Positions 38,828 through 53,708 of a stretch of 64,000 nucleotides of DNA are shown piece after piece. This DNA is from Octopus vulgaris (lineage: Eukaryota): assembly GCA_951406725.2 (NCBI GenBank), contig OX597819.1:34224001-34288000 (forward strand), written 5' to 3'. The translations under genes and the position numbers were made by a program. Position 1 is the stretch's first letter. Every line of letters begins with the position of its first letter. The notes under the pieces were generated by a model. The model did not search any database. It was not told the DNA's origin and was given only the letters and a program-made list of their open reading frames with translations.

Positions 38828-39198
38828 AAGTGGAAGCACTCCATCGGTTCCGACGACCAGGGTTCCGGTTGATCTGACCAACGGAACAGCCTGCTCGTGA
38901 AATTAACGTGTAAGTGGTTGAGCACTCCACAAACACGTGTACCCTCGGGGATATTCAGCGTGACACAGAGAGTGACAAGGCCGGCCCTTTGAAATACAGG
39001 TACAACAGAAACAGGAAGTAAGAGTGAGAGAAAGTTGTGGTGAAAGAGTACAGCAGGGATCACCACCATCCCCTGCCGGAGCCTCGTGGAGCTTTAGGTG
39101 TTTTCACTCAATAAACACTCACAACGCCTGGTCTGGGAATCGAAACCGCGACCCTACGACCGCGAGTCCACTGCCCAAACCACTGGGCCATTGCGCCT
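38828..39198 (-). mobile_element. SINE family C (full length, tail type 2) inserted in (CATA)n
   Basis: Minus strand GGCGCAATGGCCCAGTGG..GGTTTCGATTCCC head; (CATA)n on both flanks. Confidence 0.9.
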
Positions 39199-39704
39199 CC
39201 ACATACATACATACATACATACATACATGTACATAAATAGCAATGTAATGTAATCTGACACATTTATGCACTTAAATGATCTGCACACCCACAACATGAA
39301 TGCAAGTTTATTTATGCACTTATACATGCACGCACTAAATAATTCACATGCCCACAAACCACCAAGAGCTGTCTTGACTTAAACAAAAGACCTTTGCCAC
39401 TTTGTTAGTGTCCAGCTTTGAGAAGTTTAAAGGAAAAGAACGTAGGAAAGATTAAAAGAAAAGCATAAACAGATACGTACATGTACATACATACATACAT
39501 ATAATACCATACATACGCAAACCTGTCTCAGTTTCGTATTACTACAGTGACAAAAGTAAGAGATATATGCACACACACAAACATACATTAACACACACAA
39601 GACCAAGTACTTTCACAGCCATTCTGTATGATACATAATAGATATCTACGTTATGACAAAACAGAATTAATTTTTCGTTTTTTATATTATATATTATATT
39701 ATAC

Positions 39705-39813
<109 letters not shown>

Positions 39814-40082
39814 TATATGCACACTCACATGCATATATACACACATGCACACACACTCATGCATACATACACATATAGACTCAATTAGAGGTTAAATTAG
39901 CTTCATTAAGGGATGATATAATGATTTTATCAATTGCTATTTAATCTATTAGGCTTAATTGAAACATCTGTAAGGGACCATGTTTGATTTTTGCAGATAA
40001 TAAATTTTTATTAAATGTCATATCTCCATTTTCGTACTTTCTTTTGAATCATACACAACACACACACACACACACACACATA

Positions 40083-40146
<64 letters not shown>

Positions 40147-40169
40147 GAAACATTGCACACATACTAAAT

Positions 40170-41435
40170 AGAAACCGGTTTATGAACAGACTGTCACACT
40201 GTTAAAACTTGCAGTGAGTTGTGCTGCAGTTGTTGACCTTGGACAGATGTCATTTAGCTTCTTCAGATTTTGTCCCACAGGTGCTCTGTGAGGTTCAAAT
40301 CCGAACTTAAGGCAGACAGACCATGGCAGTGTCTGGATGTTGTGCTGTTGGAGGAAGTCTGTTGTCAACCTGGCAGCACGGACATGGGCATTGTTGTGTT
40401 GGAACACATGATTCCGATGACGGGCAAAGTATGACACAATGTGAGGCCTCGGCACTTGGTTGATGTAGCTAGCAGTGGTTACACCATTGCCCTACTCTTG
40501 GCTGATGTTTTGGAAGACCACTGGTCCAAGTTTCTGGTGGACTGCAATTCTGCCCAATACCATGATGCTCTATCCTCCCCATGAGTCTCTATCCTCCACA
40601 CAGCCATCAGCATGACGTTCACCCCTTCTTCTCCAAACACTAGCTCTGCCATCTGTTACAGAAATGCAATATCAACTTTCATCAGAGAAGACTACAGTCC
40701 TCCGCAGCTGGTATCCCCAGTTCTGACGTTTTTGAGCTCACAGCAGATGTGCCCATTGACGACAATCTGTGAGGATGGCGCCCCTAGCCAGATATCAACA
40801 AGACAGATTAAAATATCTCCTGCGGTGGCGAACTGTCTCTACACAAATGGTCAGTGGTGAGTCTCTATGGTCTGCCTAGCTGATTCCATTGTCCACCACA
40901 ATCAGTCCTGCAAGTGGCAATCTTGATGTGCAATTGTAACCCTCAATAGGCCACTGCATAGACAATCATCTGTGCTGTTTGTGGCATTGTATCATTTTCT
41001 CAGCCACTTAAATGTCCAAATACTGCAGTTCAAGTCATTAGCAATGGCCTATGGACATTGACCAGCATGGAGACATCCAATGGCTTGTTCTCTTTGATGT
41101 TGTGTCAGTCTTAGAATGCTTGCTACATTCAGGAAAGAAATGACAATGACAGGATGGTAAATTTGAGTGTCTTTTATACCCAATGAGTGAACTTCTTGCA
41201 TATGCATCATACTTTTCATAAAGATGCATTCATGAGCATTGCCATGTTCATGAAAAGTGATCAAGTTTGAACACTAAATGCAATCCTTGTGCTTTTGAAA
41301 GAGAGTGGCGTTGTGGATCAGTGACATCTTCCTGATGTTAAATTACCAAGAAATGTGATAAAATCCATACAATTTCAATATCATGTGTGAAAAAAATAAT
41401 TTTTTACGGTGTGACGTTTCTTTTGTAGTTCAGTA
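40170..41435 (-). mobile_element. Decayed Tc1-family element with transposase relic
   Basis: RLTQHQREQAIGCLHAG N-terminus; FQHNNAHV..LTTDFLQQHNIQTLPW; EHLWD. One terminus reads TA|CTGAACTACAAAAGAAACG. Confidence 0.8.
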
Positions 41436-41677
41436 TGCCTGCCAGTACCGCCTGACCTGCCAGTACTACCTGACCTGCCATACCGCCTGACTGGCCCTCG
41501 TGCCAGTGGCATGTAAAAGCACTCACTACACTCTCGGAGTGGTTGGCATTAGGAAGGGCATCCAGCAGTAGAAACTCTGCCAGATCAGATTGGAGTCTGG
41601 TGCAGCCATCTGGTTTGCCAGACCTCAGTCAAATCGTCTGACCCATGCTAGCATGGAAAGCAGACATTAAACAATGA

Positions 41678-41680
<3 letters not shown>
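41436..41680 (+). mobile_element. RTE 3'UTR fragment (others at ~2560-2780, 15950-16190, 23885-24022, 27860-28415, 48730-48955, 53193-53660, 57415-57558)
   Basis: Shares TAGGAAGGGCATCCAGC.GTAGAAAC...CCCATGCTAGCATGGAAA..GACGTTAAA and a (GAT)n tail with 19560-19743. Confidence 0.9.
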
Positions 41681-41725
<45 letters not shown>

Positions 41726-41764
41726 TATATATGTGTATGTGAGTAAATATATATATATTACATA

Positions 41765-41796
<32 letters not shown>

Positions 41797-41810
41797 CACA
41801 TACATATATA

Positions 41811-42112
41811 GGCGCAATGGCCTAGTGGTTAGGGCAGCGGACTTGCGGTCGCAGGATCGCGGTTTCGATTCCCAGACTGGGTGTTGTGAGTGTTTATTGA
41901 GCGAAAACACCTAAAAGCTCCATGAGGCTCCGGCAGGGGGTGGTGATCCCTGCTGTACTCTTTCACCACTCTTTCTCCCACTCTTTCTTCTGTTGGCCTG
42001 CTCACTTAGCCAAGCAGGGTGGCATCATTCGAAGGCTAAAACAATGCGAACACATTGTAACCAGCAATGTGTAACAACATCTGATGGTCTGGTCGGTCAC
42101 GTGATCACGTGA
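41811..42112 (+). mobile_element. SINE family C with tail type 3
   Basis: Same tRNA-like head as the 38828 copy. Tail is CTGTTGGCCTGCTCACTTAGCC...GGTCACGTGATCACGTG. Confidence 0.9.
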
Positions 42113-42225
42113 TATACATATACACACACATATATATACATATATGCTTACATATACATGCACACACATATATAAATCAATGATAGGCGGAATTACTTCA
42201 ATGTAGAATTTATATACACCAACAA

Positions 42226-42262
<37 letters not shown>

Positions 42263-43001
42263 AAAGCAAACATGACAACACACACACTTACATACTTCCC
42301 CCTCCCAACCACCACCACCACCACCACCACTCTCTATTTAACTAAGATTTCCTGTCCATGAAGCAGCATATAAAATGGTATTTTCTCCACCATCAGTAGT
42401 ATGGAAGAATCTAAATCCTGCAAAGACTTAATCAAGTGGATAGCAGAATTGAGTGAATAGTAATAAAGACATCAGAAATAGCTTAACAGAACTGATCGTA
42501 ATAATAATGGTAAACAGCAAGTTAACAACAATAACAATCTTGATGGCAACGGTTGTAAGATCACCAACAGAACCACCAACAATAATAAAAGCAAATAATA
42601 TACATTTATGGATGAATCCAATCATCTTTGCTTAGTCAAGGCCATTAATGGTTACAGAGAACAACTAAACTTGTTCAAAGGGCACTGCTGTCGTCGTCAT
42701 CATCATCATCATCATCCTCATCGTCGTCATCATCATCATCATCATCCTCATCGTCGTCATCATCATTGACTGTGTGCACAAGTCTTCATTTAGCAGTGTG
42801 TTTCCTTAATCCTACATGAAATATGTAAACACTGCAATGCCAGTGCCTTTCCTGAAGACTCACCAAATATGTACTGAATGTATTAAATCCAGCCAGGACA
42901 TCGTCTTCAAAGACAGAACAAAAGTATGTGTTTGTGTTTGTGTTGTGTGTGTGTGCATGTATTTGTGTACAAGAGCGAGAGAGAGAGAGATAGTGTGTTT
43001 T

Positions 43002-43044
<43 letters not shown>

Positions 43045-43147
43045 AAGCTAGAGAATAAATCTATGAATTTGTTTATATACCCATATTTACTCTATTTGTA
43101 TATAAACACATGCATACACAGACACATACACACAAACACATATATAT

Positions 43148-43333
<186 letters not shown>

Positions 43334-43967
43334 GTCTGTACACACACTTAGATACATTTCTAAGTACACATATATATGTATGCATTTATACATATATATA
43401 TATTATGTGTGTTTGTATGTATTTATTGATAAATAAGTATGCATATGTAGGTAAGTAGATGGACATTGCAAGGATAAGGTATTGATTTGTCCCTGTCTTC
43501 ATTCAATATAAACAATCAATCAATTGTTGGAGAGGGGAGAAGGTGGAGAAGAAGGAGAAGGGTATGATGATGATGATGAAGAGGAGGAGGAGGAAGAGAA
43601 GATCTTCCAAAGTTCTTGATCAACGTTTGAGAGAATCAGTTGTTCAGCAAAGGACTTGCATTTGTCATTAGAGAAGTAGTGGCCTTCATTACTTGAAACT
43701 CTTATAATCAACATTCTATTCTGTTTCATGGAAAATTTCTTTCCACCAAACTAACATCCAGATTTTATCAGGCCATCTTTAAAAATTAAACAATTAAGAA
43801 GTTACTAATTTTGCCTTTGGTCAGTCTTTTGCCATGCTGACCTATGATGAAAGACATTCCATCCAAGACCATCTTGTCATTTTAAGTGTATCTCAGTCAA
43901 TATTATAGAATATTTCCTTTGCAGATACTGAGTATTCTGTACAAATGTAATGAAAGCTTGTAATTTA

Positions 43968-44337
43968 TCTATAATAATAAACACAAAATTTTGTCTGTCT
44001 CTCCGTCCAAGACCTCTGTATCTCAGTCTACATTTGTTCTACATAGACATATTATATCTCTTTGGAATCAGGATTATCCCGGGATTGAAAATTTGCCCTT
44101 CATTTGGTTCTTGAACATCCAGCATTGGGATCAGGTCTGGATGAGGAATTGTTAAATGCTAACAGGTGAAAATTCAAATTCTAAAAGAACTCCTAAAATT
44201 TGTGAACTTACACATTTTTCATTTCAACTGAATTTAAAATAACACCATATTGGAAGGGTACCAATAAATGCTTTATTATTATTATTGCTCTCTTTAGCTT
44301 TAGGCTACAAGCCTAATTAGCCCACCACAGGAGCTAG
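43968..44337 (+). mobile_element. Non-autonomous Helitron-like element (family H2)
   Basis: A^TCTATAATAATAAA start and CTAG^T end. Second copy on the minus strand at 63790-64000. Confidence 0.7.
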
Positions 44338-44609
44338 TCTAAAAGTCCACACCAAGTGTGGCTTTTAAGCTAGTATTTAATAATGGTAATGTGGTAAGCT
44401 GGCAGAATTGATAGCATCCTGGGCAAAATGCTTAGTGGCATTTTGTTGATCTTTACTTCCTGGGTTCAAATTTTGCTGAAGCTGACTTTGCCTTCCATCC
44501 TTTTGGCACTGGGGTTGATGTAATTGACTTTCCCCACTTCCTAGAAATTGCTGGCCTTGTGTCAAAGTTTGAAGCCAATATTTAATAATAGTTTATTTTG
44601 CTAGTTTAA

Positions 44610-44830
44610 CCCTTTAGCATGTAAACCAGCCATTTCTGGCCCAAATATTCAACTAGTTTTTATGTTCACACCAGCCAGATCCAGCCCCTCACACCTACCA
44701 TACAATGAAACTATAGAAATAAATAATCACATCATTGAAATTTCAAAGCTACGAGATAATGCATGATTGATTCAAAAGAGTGTAACTGAATAAGCATTAC
44801 ATTTGACGGAGTAATCTGGATGCTAAAGAA
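44610..44830. mobile_element. piggyBac-like MITE
   Basis: TTAA|CCCTTTAGCAT ... ATGCTAAAGAA|TTAA. Confidence 0.8.
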
Positions 44831-45044
44831 TTAAGTCACTGACTTGTAACCAGAATGGAGCTCCACTTTTAAGGATTTTATCCAATCATATTGAACCCAG
44901 TGCTAGGTCTGGTACTTACTTTATCTACTCTGTAATGAAGAAAAAGTGAGACAACAAAAGGGTTTTGCCCTAAGTAACACTGCCCAGAGAATACAACTGC
45001 TTTCAGAAAGAATAGTGTGAAGATGATATCAGCTAGCTGGTCCA

Positions 45045-45210
45045 CCTCCCTGGACTTATTAGCAATGGCACAAGACCAGGAGCTGAAGGCTGATATGGAG
45101 AAGCAGCTGAAGTTTCCAAACACTGTAGCATCAACATATCTAAGGCCAGACATAATGCAGAAGTATCTAAACCAGTGGTTCTGTTAGAGATCTCCATTGT
45201 CTGAGAAGAT
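45045..45210 (+). mobile_element. HERO-like RLE endonuclease fragment
   Basis: Translates GLLAMAQDQELKADMEKQLKFPNTVASTYLRPDI..PVVLLEISI. Confidence 0.75.
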
Positions 45211-45222
45211 TATACTATGTTA

Positions 45223-45341
45223 CATCAAAATATAATTTATACTGAAATAAAATTTGGTGTAACAATATATTAGCCATGTAATGCATTTGCTCGAGGCTTT
45301 AAAATATTTATTTTCAATAAACATATACAGATATGTTTATT
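45223..45341 (+). repeat. ~120-bp direct repeat, second copy at ~47294-47411
   Basis: ATCAAAATATAATTTATA.TGAAATAAAATTTGG.GTAACAATATAT...AATAAACATATACAGATATGTTTATT occurs in both. Confidence 0.9.
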
Positions 45342-45365
45342 TACAGATATGTTTATATATATATA

Positions 45366-45760
45366 GGTGTAGGAGTGGCTGTGTGGTAAGTAGCTTGCTT
45401 ACGAACCACATGGTTCCGGGTTCAGTCCCACTATGTGGCACCTTGGGCAAATGTCTTCTACTATAGCCACGGGCTGACCAAAGTCTTGTGAGTGGATTAG
45501 GTAGACGGAAACTGAAAGAAGTTCATCACATGTGTGTGTGTGTGTGTGTGTTTGTGTGTCTGTGTTTGTCACCCCAACATCGCTTGTCAACCGATGCTGG
45601 TGTGTTTACATCCCTGTAACTTAGTGGTTTGGCAAAAGAGACCGATAGAATAAGTTCTAGGCTTACAAAGAATAAGTTCTGGGGTCGATTTGCTCAACTA
45701 AAGGTGGTGCTCCTGCATGGCCACAGTCAAATGACTGAAACAAGTAAAAGAATAAAGAGT
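45366..45760 (+). mobile_element. SINE family A
   Basis: Matches the consensus. Confidence 0.92.
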
Positions 45761-46400
45761 ATATATATATATATATATATATATAGCCTCTGCAGAGGAT
45801 GAGAACAAAATACACTAAACTGGTAGAGTTATGCCAAACAATGAGTAGCAAACAAGGTGGGGTACAGAGCGCTTGCATGCCAGTTGCTCCGCAGGGCCTA
45901 GTCTTGTGATGTGGGGCATCATGGGAATAAGTAGATAAAATAGTTAACTATGGAAGCAGCAGAGGTGTCTTCAAAGTAATTGTAGATAAAAAAAAAGTGT
46001 AAACCCTAGAATGAGTAGTATTACCTGGGGCAGTGTAAGCCATACACAAGCTAGAGCTTTATCAACACTAGATGAGTCACCTGAGTAATGATGTCTAATA
46101 GTTGAAAAGCACCCAGTGATCCTAAGAAACATCACTTATGATAGATGCATCCAGGTGCATCACAAGATGATGTATGGAAAACCACACATGTAAGTAACTA
46201 TATACAAAGTGTTTTTTAATCAAGAAGGCTTTTGACACGGTCTCGAATTCTGTAACCTGATAGTTGCTATGGAAAGTTGGGGTAGATGAATGACTTGGGT
46301 GGGTTGCACTACGATGCAGTGAACAAGATGAGAGTAATGAATAAAATGATGAATTTGATATGAAAGTTGGTGTCCACCAGAATTCAGTTTTCAACCCCCA

Positions 46401-46431
<31 letters not shown>

Positions 46432-46577
46432 TACACATGTATGTATATATATATATCAGCCGAAATTGCGAGGATGATCCGGTTCTTGACTGAAGATTGA
46501 AGGTTTCGAATGTCCTGTCCGTGTTTTTTGTATCGTCTTCTAAATGTTTTACGTTCTTGTCCCAGTTTGTATTTTTC

Positions 46578-46650
<73 letters not shown>

Positions 46651-47434
46651 GCATGAATTCTGATTGTAGAATATACGCAGTATTCTATATCCTTTCATAT
46701 CATAAGAGGCATCTAAAAGGGATGGCATTAAGGAAGCAATATACCATAAAAAACTGCCTCAAACAACCCACCCAGTTATTGGTAATACAGAGGAGTGGAT
46801 GTAAAACAATGAATATGATAATGTATACATATAAATACACATATGGTCCATAAAAAAATATACAGGCAAAACTTGAATAAAGTCATGTTTTTAATATGCC
46901 AAAATATATGTATATTTGTGTGTATATATGGGTGGATGTGCATGTGTGTGTGTGTGTGTGTGTTAGATAGATTTCCTTTCATATTCATTTCCATACAGTA
47001 CCTCTCTTCCTCATCCACTCAATTCCCAAGTGCTGTATAAACTCCCCACTGAAATGATTGTCCGAAGGTCAGCAAGCCATTCTGAGTGCCGTAGACAAAC
47101 AATTGCGTCTCTTGTCGTATATTGATAACACTTGAAATGTCTGTTCAGAATTCTCACTGGGCAGCTTGTATCTATGACTAACCGAATTTTCTCTGAGAAA
47201 ACTAAAAGTCAGTTGCCTTCAGATGTAATTTTCATGAATTCCATGGAAATGTTTTTAACATGCAACAAACCAATAACAACAAAACTAAGCTATATCAAAA
47301 TATAATTTATATTGAAATAAAATTTGGCGTAACAATATATGAGCAATCTAATGCATTTGCTCTAGGCTTTTAAATATTTATTTTCAATAAACATATACAG
47401 ATATGTTTATTGAAATGCATATATATATATATAC

Positions 47435-47507
<73 letters not shown>

Positions 47508-47536
47508 TATACATATATACACACAGACACACAAAC

Positions 47537-47590
<54 letters not shown>

Positions 47591-48026
47591 AAAGCATTAT
47601 GATCTGTATCATTGTGTGTTTATATTCCAGATCTCTCAGAAGTATATTTTCATCCCATCAATGCTTTAAGTTTATAATGTGTTAGCATTAAACATCAGAT
47701 AATAAACCTGTAACGTTGATGATCTTACACCTGTGGGACCCTAACAAGCGCATGCACTGACAATACCTTTAAAAAACATTGCCCTCGGCTATCAACATGA
47801 AGGAAACCACTTACACAAGACACTGTTATTTGTAATAGACACAAGGTTATCAATCTTAGTGTTCTGACTAAAAGTATTTGGACAACATCAGACATAGATT
47901 ATTTTAGTAGAGATGAAGGAGGGCAGGAAGAATATAGAATAACAGAGCACCTCTCCCCCACTCTCTCTCTCTCCAACCTCCTAAAAATAAACCAACCAAC
48001 ATCAATTATCCCTTATGTGCAAATAT

Positions 48027-48075
<49 letters not shown>

Positions 48076-48205
48076 TGAGAGAGAGAGAGGGGGGGGATAC
48101 ATCTACTTGAAGGCATGTGAATGCATGTAATGTTTATTTTCAATAGGCAGAATTTATGTATTTAAATGTTTGTTTGTTCATTTATTTTGTTTTGTTGTTG
48201 TTGTT

Positions 48206-48240
<35 letters not shown>

Positions 48241-48431
48241 GGGAAGTTTATTGAAACTGGAAAGGTTCTGCTTGGTAAGAATGCAACTAACATCTGTTGT
48301 ACTACAGTAGAGTAGTACTAAACTACCATACAACCAAGCCCTGCTTTCCAAGCAACAGCTGTTTATAGTCAAAAGCACAATGAACAAATGTATCATGTAA
48401 CTGTCCATGAACCATACCAAAGAGCTGTAAA

Positions 48432-49020
48432 GACATGTGTGGCTTTGTGGTAAGAGGCTTGCTTCCAAACCATATGGTTCCAGGTTCAGTTCCATTGCAT
48501 GGCACTTTGGGCAGGTGTCTTCTACTATAACCTCGAGTCGACCAAAGCCTTGTGAGTGGATTTGGCAGGCGGAAACTGAAAGAAGCCCATTGTGTGTGAG
48601 TGTGTTTGTTCCTGCACCACTGCTTTGACAACCGGTGTTGGTTTGTTTACATTCCTCTCACTGAGCAGTGCTGCAAAAGGGAACAATAGAATAAGCACCA
48701 GGCTTTAAAAATAGTAAATACTGGGTTGAGCCGTTTGCCAGTCTGCTCTGGCCCCTGGCCCCGGTGGCACGTAAAAAGCACCCACTACACTCACAGAGTG
48801 GTTGGTGTTAGGAAGGGCATCCAGCTGTAGAAACACTACTAGATCAGACTGGAGCCTGGTGCAGCCTCCTGGCTTCCCAGAACACGGTCGAACCATCCGA
48901 CCCATGCTAGCATGGAAAACAGACGTTAAACATGATGATGATGATGATGATGATTTGTTTGACTAGAGTTCTTCAAGGCGGTGCCCCAGCATGGCCACAG
49001 CCTAATGACAGAAACAAGTA
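48432..49020 (+). mobile_element. SINE family A with nested RTE 3' fragment
   Basis: SINE motifs are split by RTE 3'UTR sequence at 48730-48955. Confidence 0.85.
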
Positions 49021-49129
49021 AAAAAAAAATAGTGTATGTAAGTGTGTGTGTCTAAAATACATATGCTGCATGTTTAATCAAATACTAACTATTACAATTA
49101 TGTGTGTGAGCGTGTGCATATTTGTGTCT

Positions 49130-49358
49130 GTAGTTTGTATCAAAAAGTTCCTGGACTACTTTTGTAGCATGACAACAGATGGCAGCACACAGTTGCATGT
49201 GCAGTGAGAGCTATCAGTGAGCCAAGCGACATCACTGTGTTTACTTTGCAAGTTGTGAAATTTGTGTTTTTGTGATCAGATGTATGCTGTAGTCGCTATT
49301 TTTTGTCATGTACAATAAGTTGGAACAAAGAGCTAATGTGAAATTTTGTGTTAAACTC
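49130..49358 (+). mobile_element. mariner 5' end (TIR, 5'UTR, first 17 codons)
   Basis: TIR-like GTATCAAAAAGTTCC.GGACT and CAGATGGCAGCAC. ATG at 49308 gives MYNKLEQRANVKFCVKL. Confidence 0.75.
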
Positions 49359-49624
49359 ACAAGACTTCGGTCAATCAGAGGCTGTAGTAGAAAAAAACAC
49401 TTACCCAAGGTGCCATGCAATGGGACTGAACTCAGAACCATGTGGTTGGGAAGCAAGCTTCTTACCACATAGCCAAGCCTGCTATATAAAATCTTATACA
49501 TTATACATTATCTTATGTATTCTAATACATTATAGATCTTTGTGTGGTCATGACTGAGCATGGATTTCTGCACCTGGAAAGTTCCTATCCAAAGTACACA
49601 CACACACACACACATACACACACA

Positions 49625-49675
<51 letters not shown>

Positions 49676-51461
49676 CACACAATATATATTACATTGTATT
49701 TCTCACTTGTGTTGTGCTGTCTAGCATAAGTCTGGCGATCAAAGTAAATGCAATAATTTTGGTCTTTTAAGTTCCTTTGAAATGATGATAGAATTATCTG
49801 GAATATTTCTGATGCATTCAGGAGGAAGGCATGTGGCCATGGAACAAGAGATGGAGTGAGGAGGAGGAGGAGGAGGAGGAGGAAGTGAAACTAAATTTAT
49901 ACATGCAACCTTAAAAAAAAAACATCAAAAAAAAAAACAAAACAGACTAACAAGTGCAATAACTGCATCTATCTCCGGCAACATCAACAATAGTAACAAC
50001 AACAACTATATCTAACATAACAGTAGAAAAAATATACGGTAAAATAAAATAAATAAATACAGGATCTGTAATCTGGGAAATGTTTGCAGAGTTAATATAT
50101 TTCATGCAAGAGAAAATCTGATGTTTGGCAGATGAGGAAGCTGATATGTCTGAAGAAATCTATTTTGTTCCATTATTTTTACAGTAAAAGTTACTTATAT
50201 ATATGTACATATATGCTTCCATTAGTTTACTCATGGTAACACTGTTGTGCTCAATTACACAGGAGGAGCCAACAAAGGTACACGTATCTTTATAGAGTCT
50301 TTCGATTTGCTAGAAATAGCAGCCGAATCTCCTTCAAGTTAAATTCTACCGTCTTAAACCAGGAATAACATATTTGGTTATGCGTTCCTAGATATACTGA
50401 TTGAGCAATGTTGAAATGGTCATGGCTCGGATGTCTTTGATTGTATAAGGGGGATTTAAGGATGTTCTGAAAGGCCTGGTTGGAGGCTCACCTTTCCGTA
50501 TTCTTTCACATAGGTTAGAAAAACTGAAGTTCTGCTGCAATGAGAGGGGAATGTGTTGAATAAATTCATAATCAACTGATACTCCTGTATTTTCTTTTAC
50601 CGGAAGCCAGAAAATTTCCAGCACCTCTTCATAGGTCTACTTGATCAGGGCGTAAACAACGACAGTAATATACATTCTCAACTAATTACCACACTTTACA
50701 TGATCACATTGAAGCTCCCTCATCAGAGATTGGGATTTCAAAACCAAACCATACTTTCAATCCACAGCCATACTTCAACAGAAGGTTATATTTCAATCCA
50801 AGGTTACATAAGTAATCAACAGGTATTCTTGCTTAATCGGGCAAAGAGACAGCGCATACATGACTGTGCAACCATGTTTCTTTGGGTCCAGTGCAACTTA
50901 GACCAGTGTCTTCTACTATAGGACTGAGTTGACCAATGCCATGTCAGTGAATTTGGCTGAAGGAAACTATCAAAAAAGCTTCCTGTATGCAAACACACAC
51001 ATACACACATGCACACACACACACACACACAGGCACACACACACACTCACATACATATATTCTTTTATAAGTATTAGCTCTAAGGCTGTGGCTATGCTGG
51101 AGTACCACCAGCAAAACATTTTTTGAGCCTCCACAGAATATTTAACCCTGACCAGAATGTTCAGTATGCCCTCTGCTACTGGAAACCTGTATCTTGACCC
51201 ACCAGACTACATACATACATACATACATACATACATACATACGTATCAATCCATTTTCTCCAGCTACTATTACAGAGATGGTCATGCAGAGAACTAAAGC
51301 ACCTCTTCCATGGAGTCCTATCAAAACCAACCATCCTAACGCTTAACAGCAGGATTCTCAAAAGTAACCAAGACTATGCATATTATCTAGCAATCTATTT
51401 CTTTCTATACTCACACACATGTACATGCATGTATATATGTTTGTGTGCATGTATGTATGTA

Positions 51462-51502
<41 letters not shown>

Positions 51503-51572
51503 TAAATAATTGATATATATTCACACACATATATATATGTATATATTTATGTGAGTGTATGTATATATATAA

Positions 51573-51659
<87 letters not shown>

Positions 51660-51660
51660 C

Positions 51661-51870
51661 TCCACATTCATAAGAGGCAAACACCTTGAAACTAGTCTGT
51701 GGATGCCAGACCAGCAAGGGAAAGCTGCTGACCTCCCCTGTTCGAAAGTTATAATGGACACAGGTTTGTGTGTCACATAGCTAGCTAGAGGCGATGGCCT
51801 CTTGGAGCTAATCAACGGCAGCATTCATCCTATTTATCTGGACTGCCATGTTAGCTTGGTGTTAACTATT
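51661..51870 (+). mobile_element. Penelope-like terminal fragment in (TA)n with decayed minimal hammerhead (51661-51703)
   Basis: TCCACA-ttcataa-GAGG-caaaca-CCTT-GAAAC-TA-GTC-TGTGGA. Stem I is perfect and ACTAGT is palindromic, but CUGA is lost. Confidence 0.65.
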
Positions 51871-51876
51871 AATATA

Positions 51877-51918
<42 letters not shown>

Positions 51919-52482
51919 GGCAATTTCTATCTGTCTTTCTGCCTGTTACCATCTTAGGGCCTAAACCAGCAAACCACTATTCACAAAACTTTGCATACAT
52001 GTTACATTAATATCCAGTTCAATAATAGGTTAATTGGATTTTAATAAAAATTTATTATATGCCGCCCAGGGGCATTGGGTGAATTATATGATAAAATGAG
52101 AAGGTTGCAAGAAGTATTAGTCTGAGGGAAAGGTAGAACAGAAAGAGGGTGACTTATATCACTGAAAGCGAGAGCTGCGGTGAGAATGGGATGATAATGT
52201 TACTACAGCTGTCATATACACATGACACTGCATACATTCTTTCATAAATACATAGATACACATACACACACACACACACACAGAGGGGGTGTGAGGAATA
52301 TGTAGCTTTAAGGAGAGAGGGGGTAGGTGGCTTTTCTGCTGTCCATTGCAAAGAAACACTCACACACAGATAAACACACACACTCCTATATATACATACA
52401 AGCATACGTACATACATACATATGTCTACTATACACCATTTTAAACTCGTGATTACATTTGTGTACATTTCTAAATGTGTGT

Positions 52483-52523
<41 letters not shown>

Positions 52524-53086
52524 ACATTCTATAACTGTCTGTCTCTCTACTTTTGTAGGGTTTTCCCTGTTGCTATCACATATTATGAGATTTTAAAATT
52601 ACATCAAAATTTTCAAATTTGGTATATTGAAATAATTTTCCATGTTAAATTCAATTTTGTTATTTATTTGTTCCAGAAAAATATTACTAAGGTTTAAAGT
52701 TTAATCAATTTTACTTAATCAGAAAACAAGATTTGGAATCTGGCATTTTCTGCATGAAAGTTGTCTATCATGTAATGAAAGCAAAATCACCAGGAGGAAT
52801 TTTTATTAAACAAACAAATGCAAAGCATTATGACAACCAAAGTTGTAAGAACTTCTGAAGTCTTAATAAATAAAGTCATGTGAAATGGTCGAATGGACAT
52901 GTAAGTAATTTAAAAAGGAAATAAATCCTCAATGAAGTTTTTTGGTTAAAACTTCACAAATCTGTCCTGATTTAGAGGCCTATCTGTCAGGGAAGACATT
53001 CTATTGTAAAAATTGCCTGGCAACGATAGGCTATTCACCTAGTATATATATATATATATATATGTGTGCGTGTGTGTGTGTATGCA

Positions 53087-53120
<34 letters not shown>

Positions 53121-53663
53121 CACACACACACACTTATATAACATATATATATACATACACACACGCACACTCACATAACATATATATATATATCATCATC
53201 ATCATCATTTAACATCCGCTTTCCATGCTAGCATGGGTTGGACGATTTGACTGAGGACTGGTGAACCAGATGACTGCAACAGGCTCCAGTCTTGATCTGG
53301 CAGAGTTTCTACAGCTGGATGCCCTTCCTAATGCCAACGACTCTGAGAGTGTAGTGGGTGCTTTTACGTGCCACCGGAACAAGGGCCAATCAGGCTGTAC
53401 TAGCAATGGCCATGCTTAAATGGTGTTTTTTTTACATGCCTCCTGCACAGGAGCCAGTCCAACGGCACTGGCAACAACCTTGTTCAAATGTTTTTTCATG
53501 TGCCAGTAAGGCGATGCTGGTAACGATCACACTCAAATGGTGCTTTTTATGTTCCACTGTTAGCTGCTCTGGCAGTTAGCTGCTCTGGCAATGATCACAC
53601 TCGGATGGTGCTCTTAGCGCTCCACTAGCACGGATGCCTGTCATCGAATTTGATTTCAATATG

Positions 53664-53700
<37 letters not shown>

Positions 53701-53708
<8 letters not shown>

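Noticed and set aside
41811-41882. Functional tRNA genes at the SINE C heads (also 1158, 39130, 61040)
   Set aside because: The acceptor stems do not close and the sequence continues into a shared SINE body.
46470-46522. CTGAAGA..CGAAT in a Penelope-like fragment as a hammerhead (also 22050-22095 and 39960-39980)
   Set aside because: Stems could not be assigned; too degenerate to support a call.
47000-47195. Minus-strand exon after a CTGAC..TTTTCTCAG acceptor
   Set aside because: All frames close within ~60 codons, there is no recognisable protein, and no strong donor.
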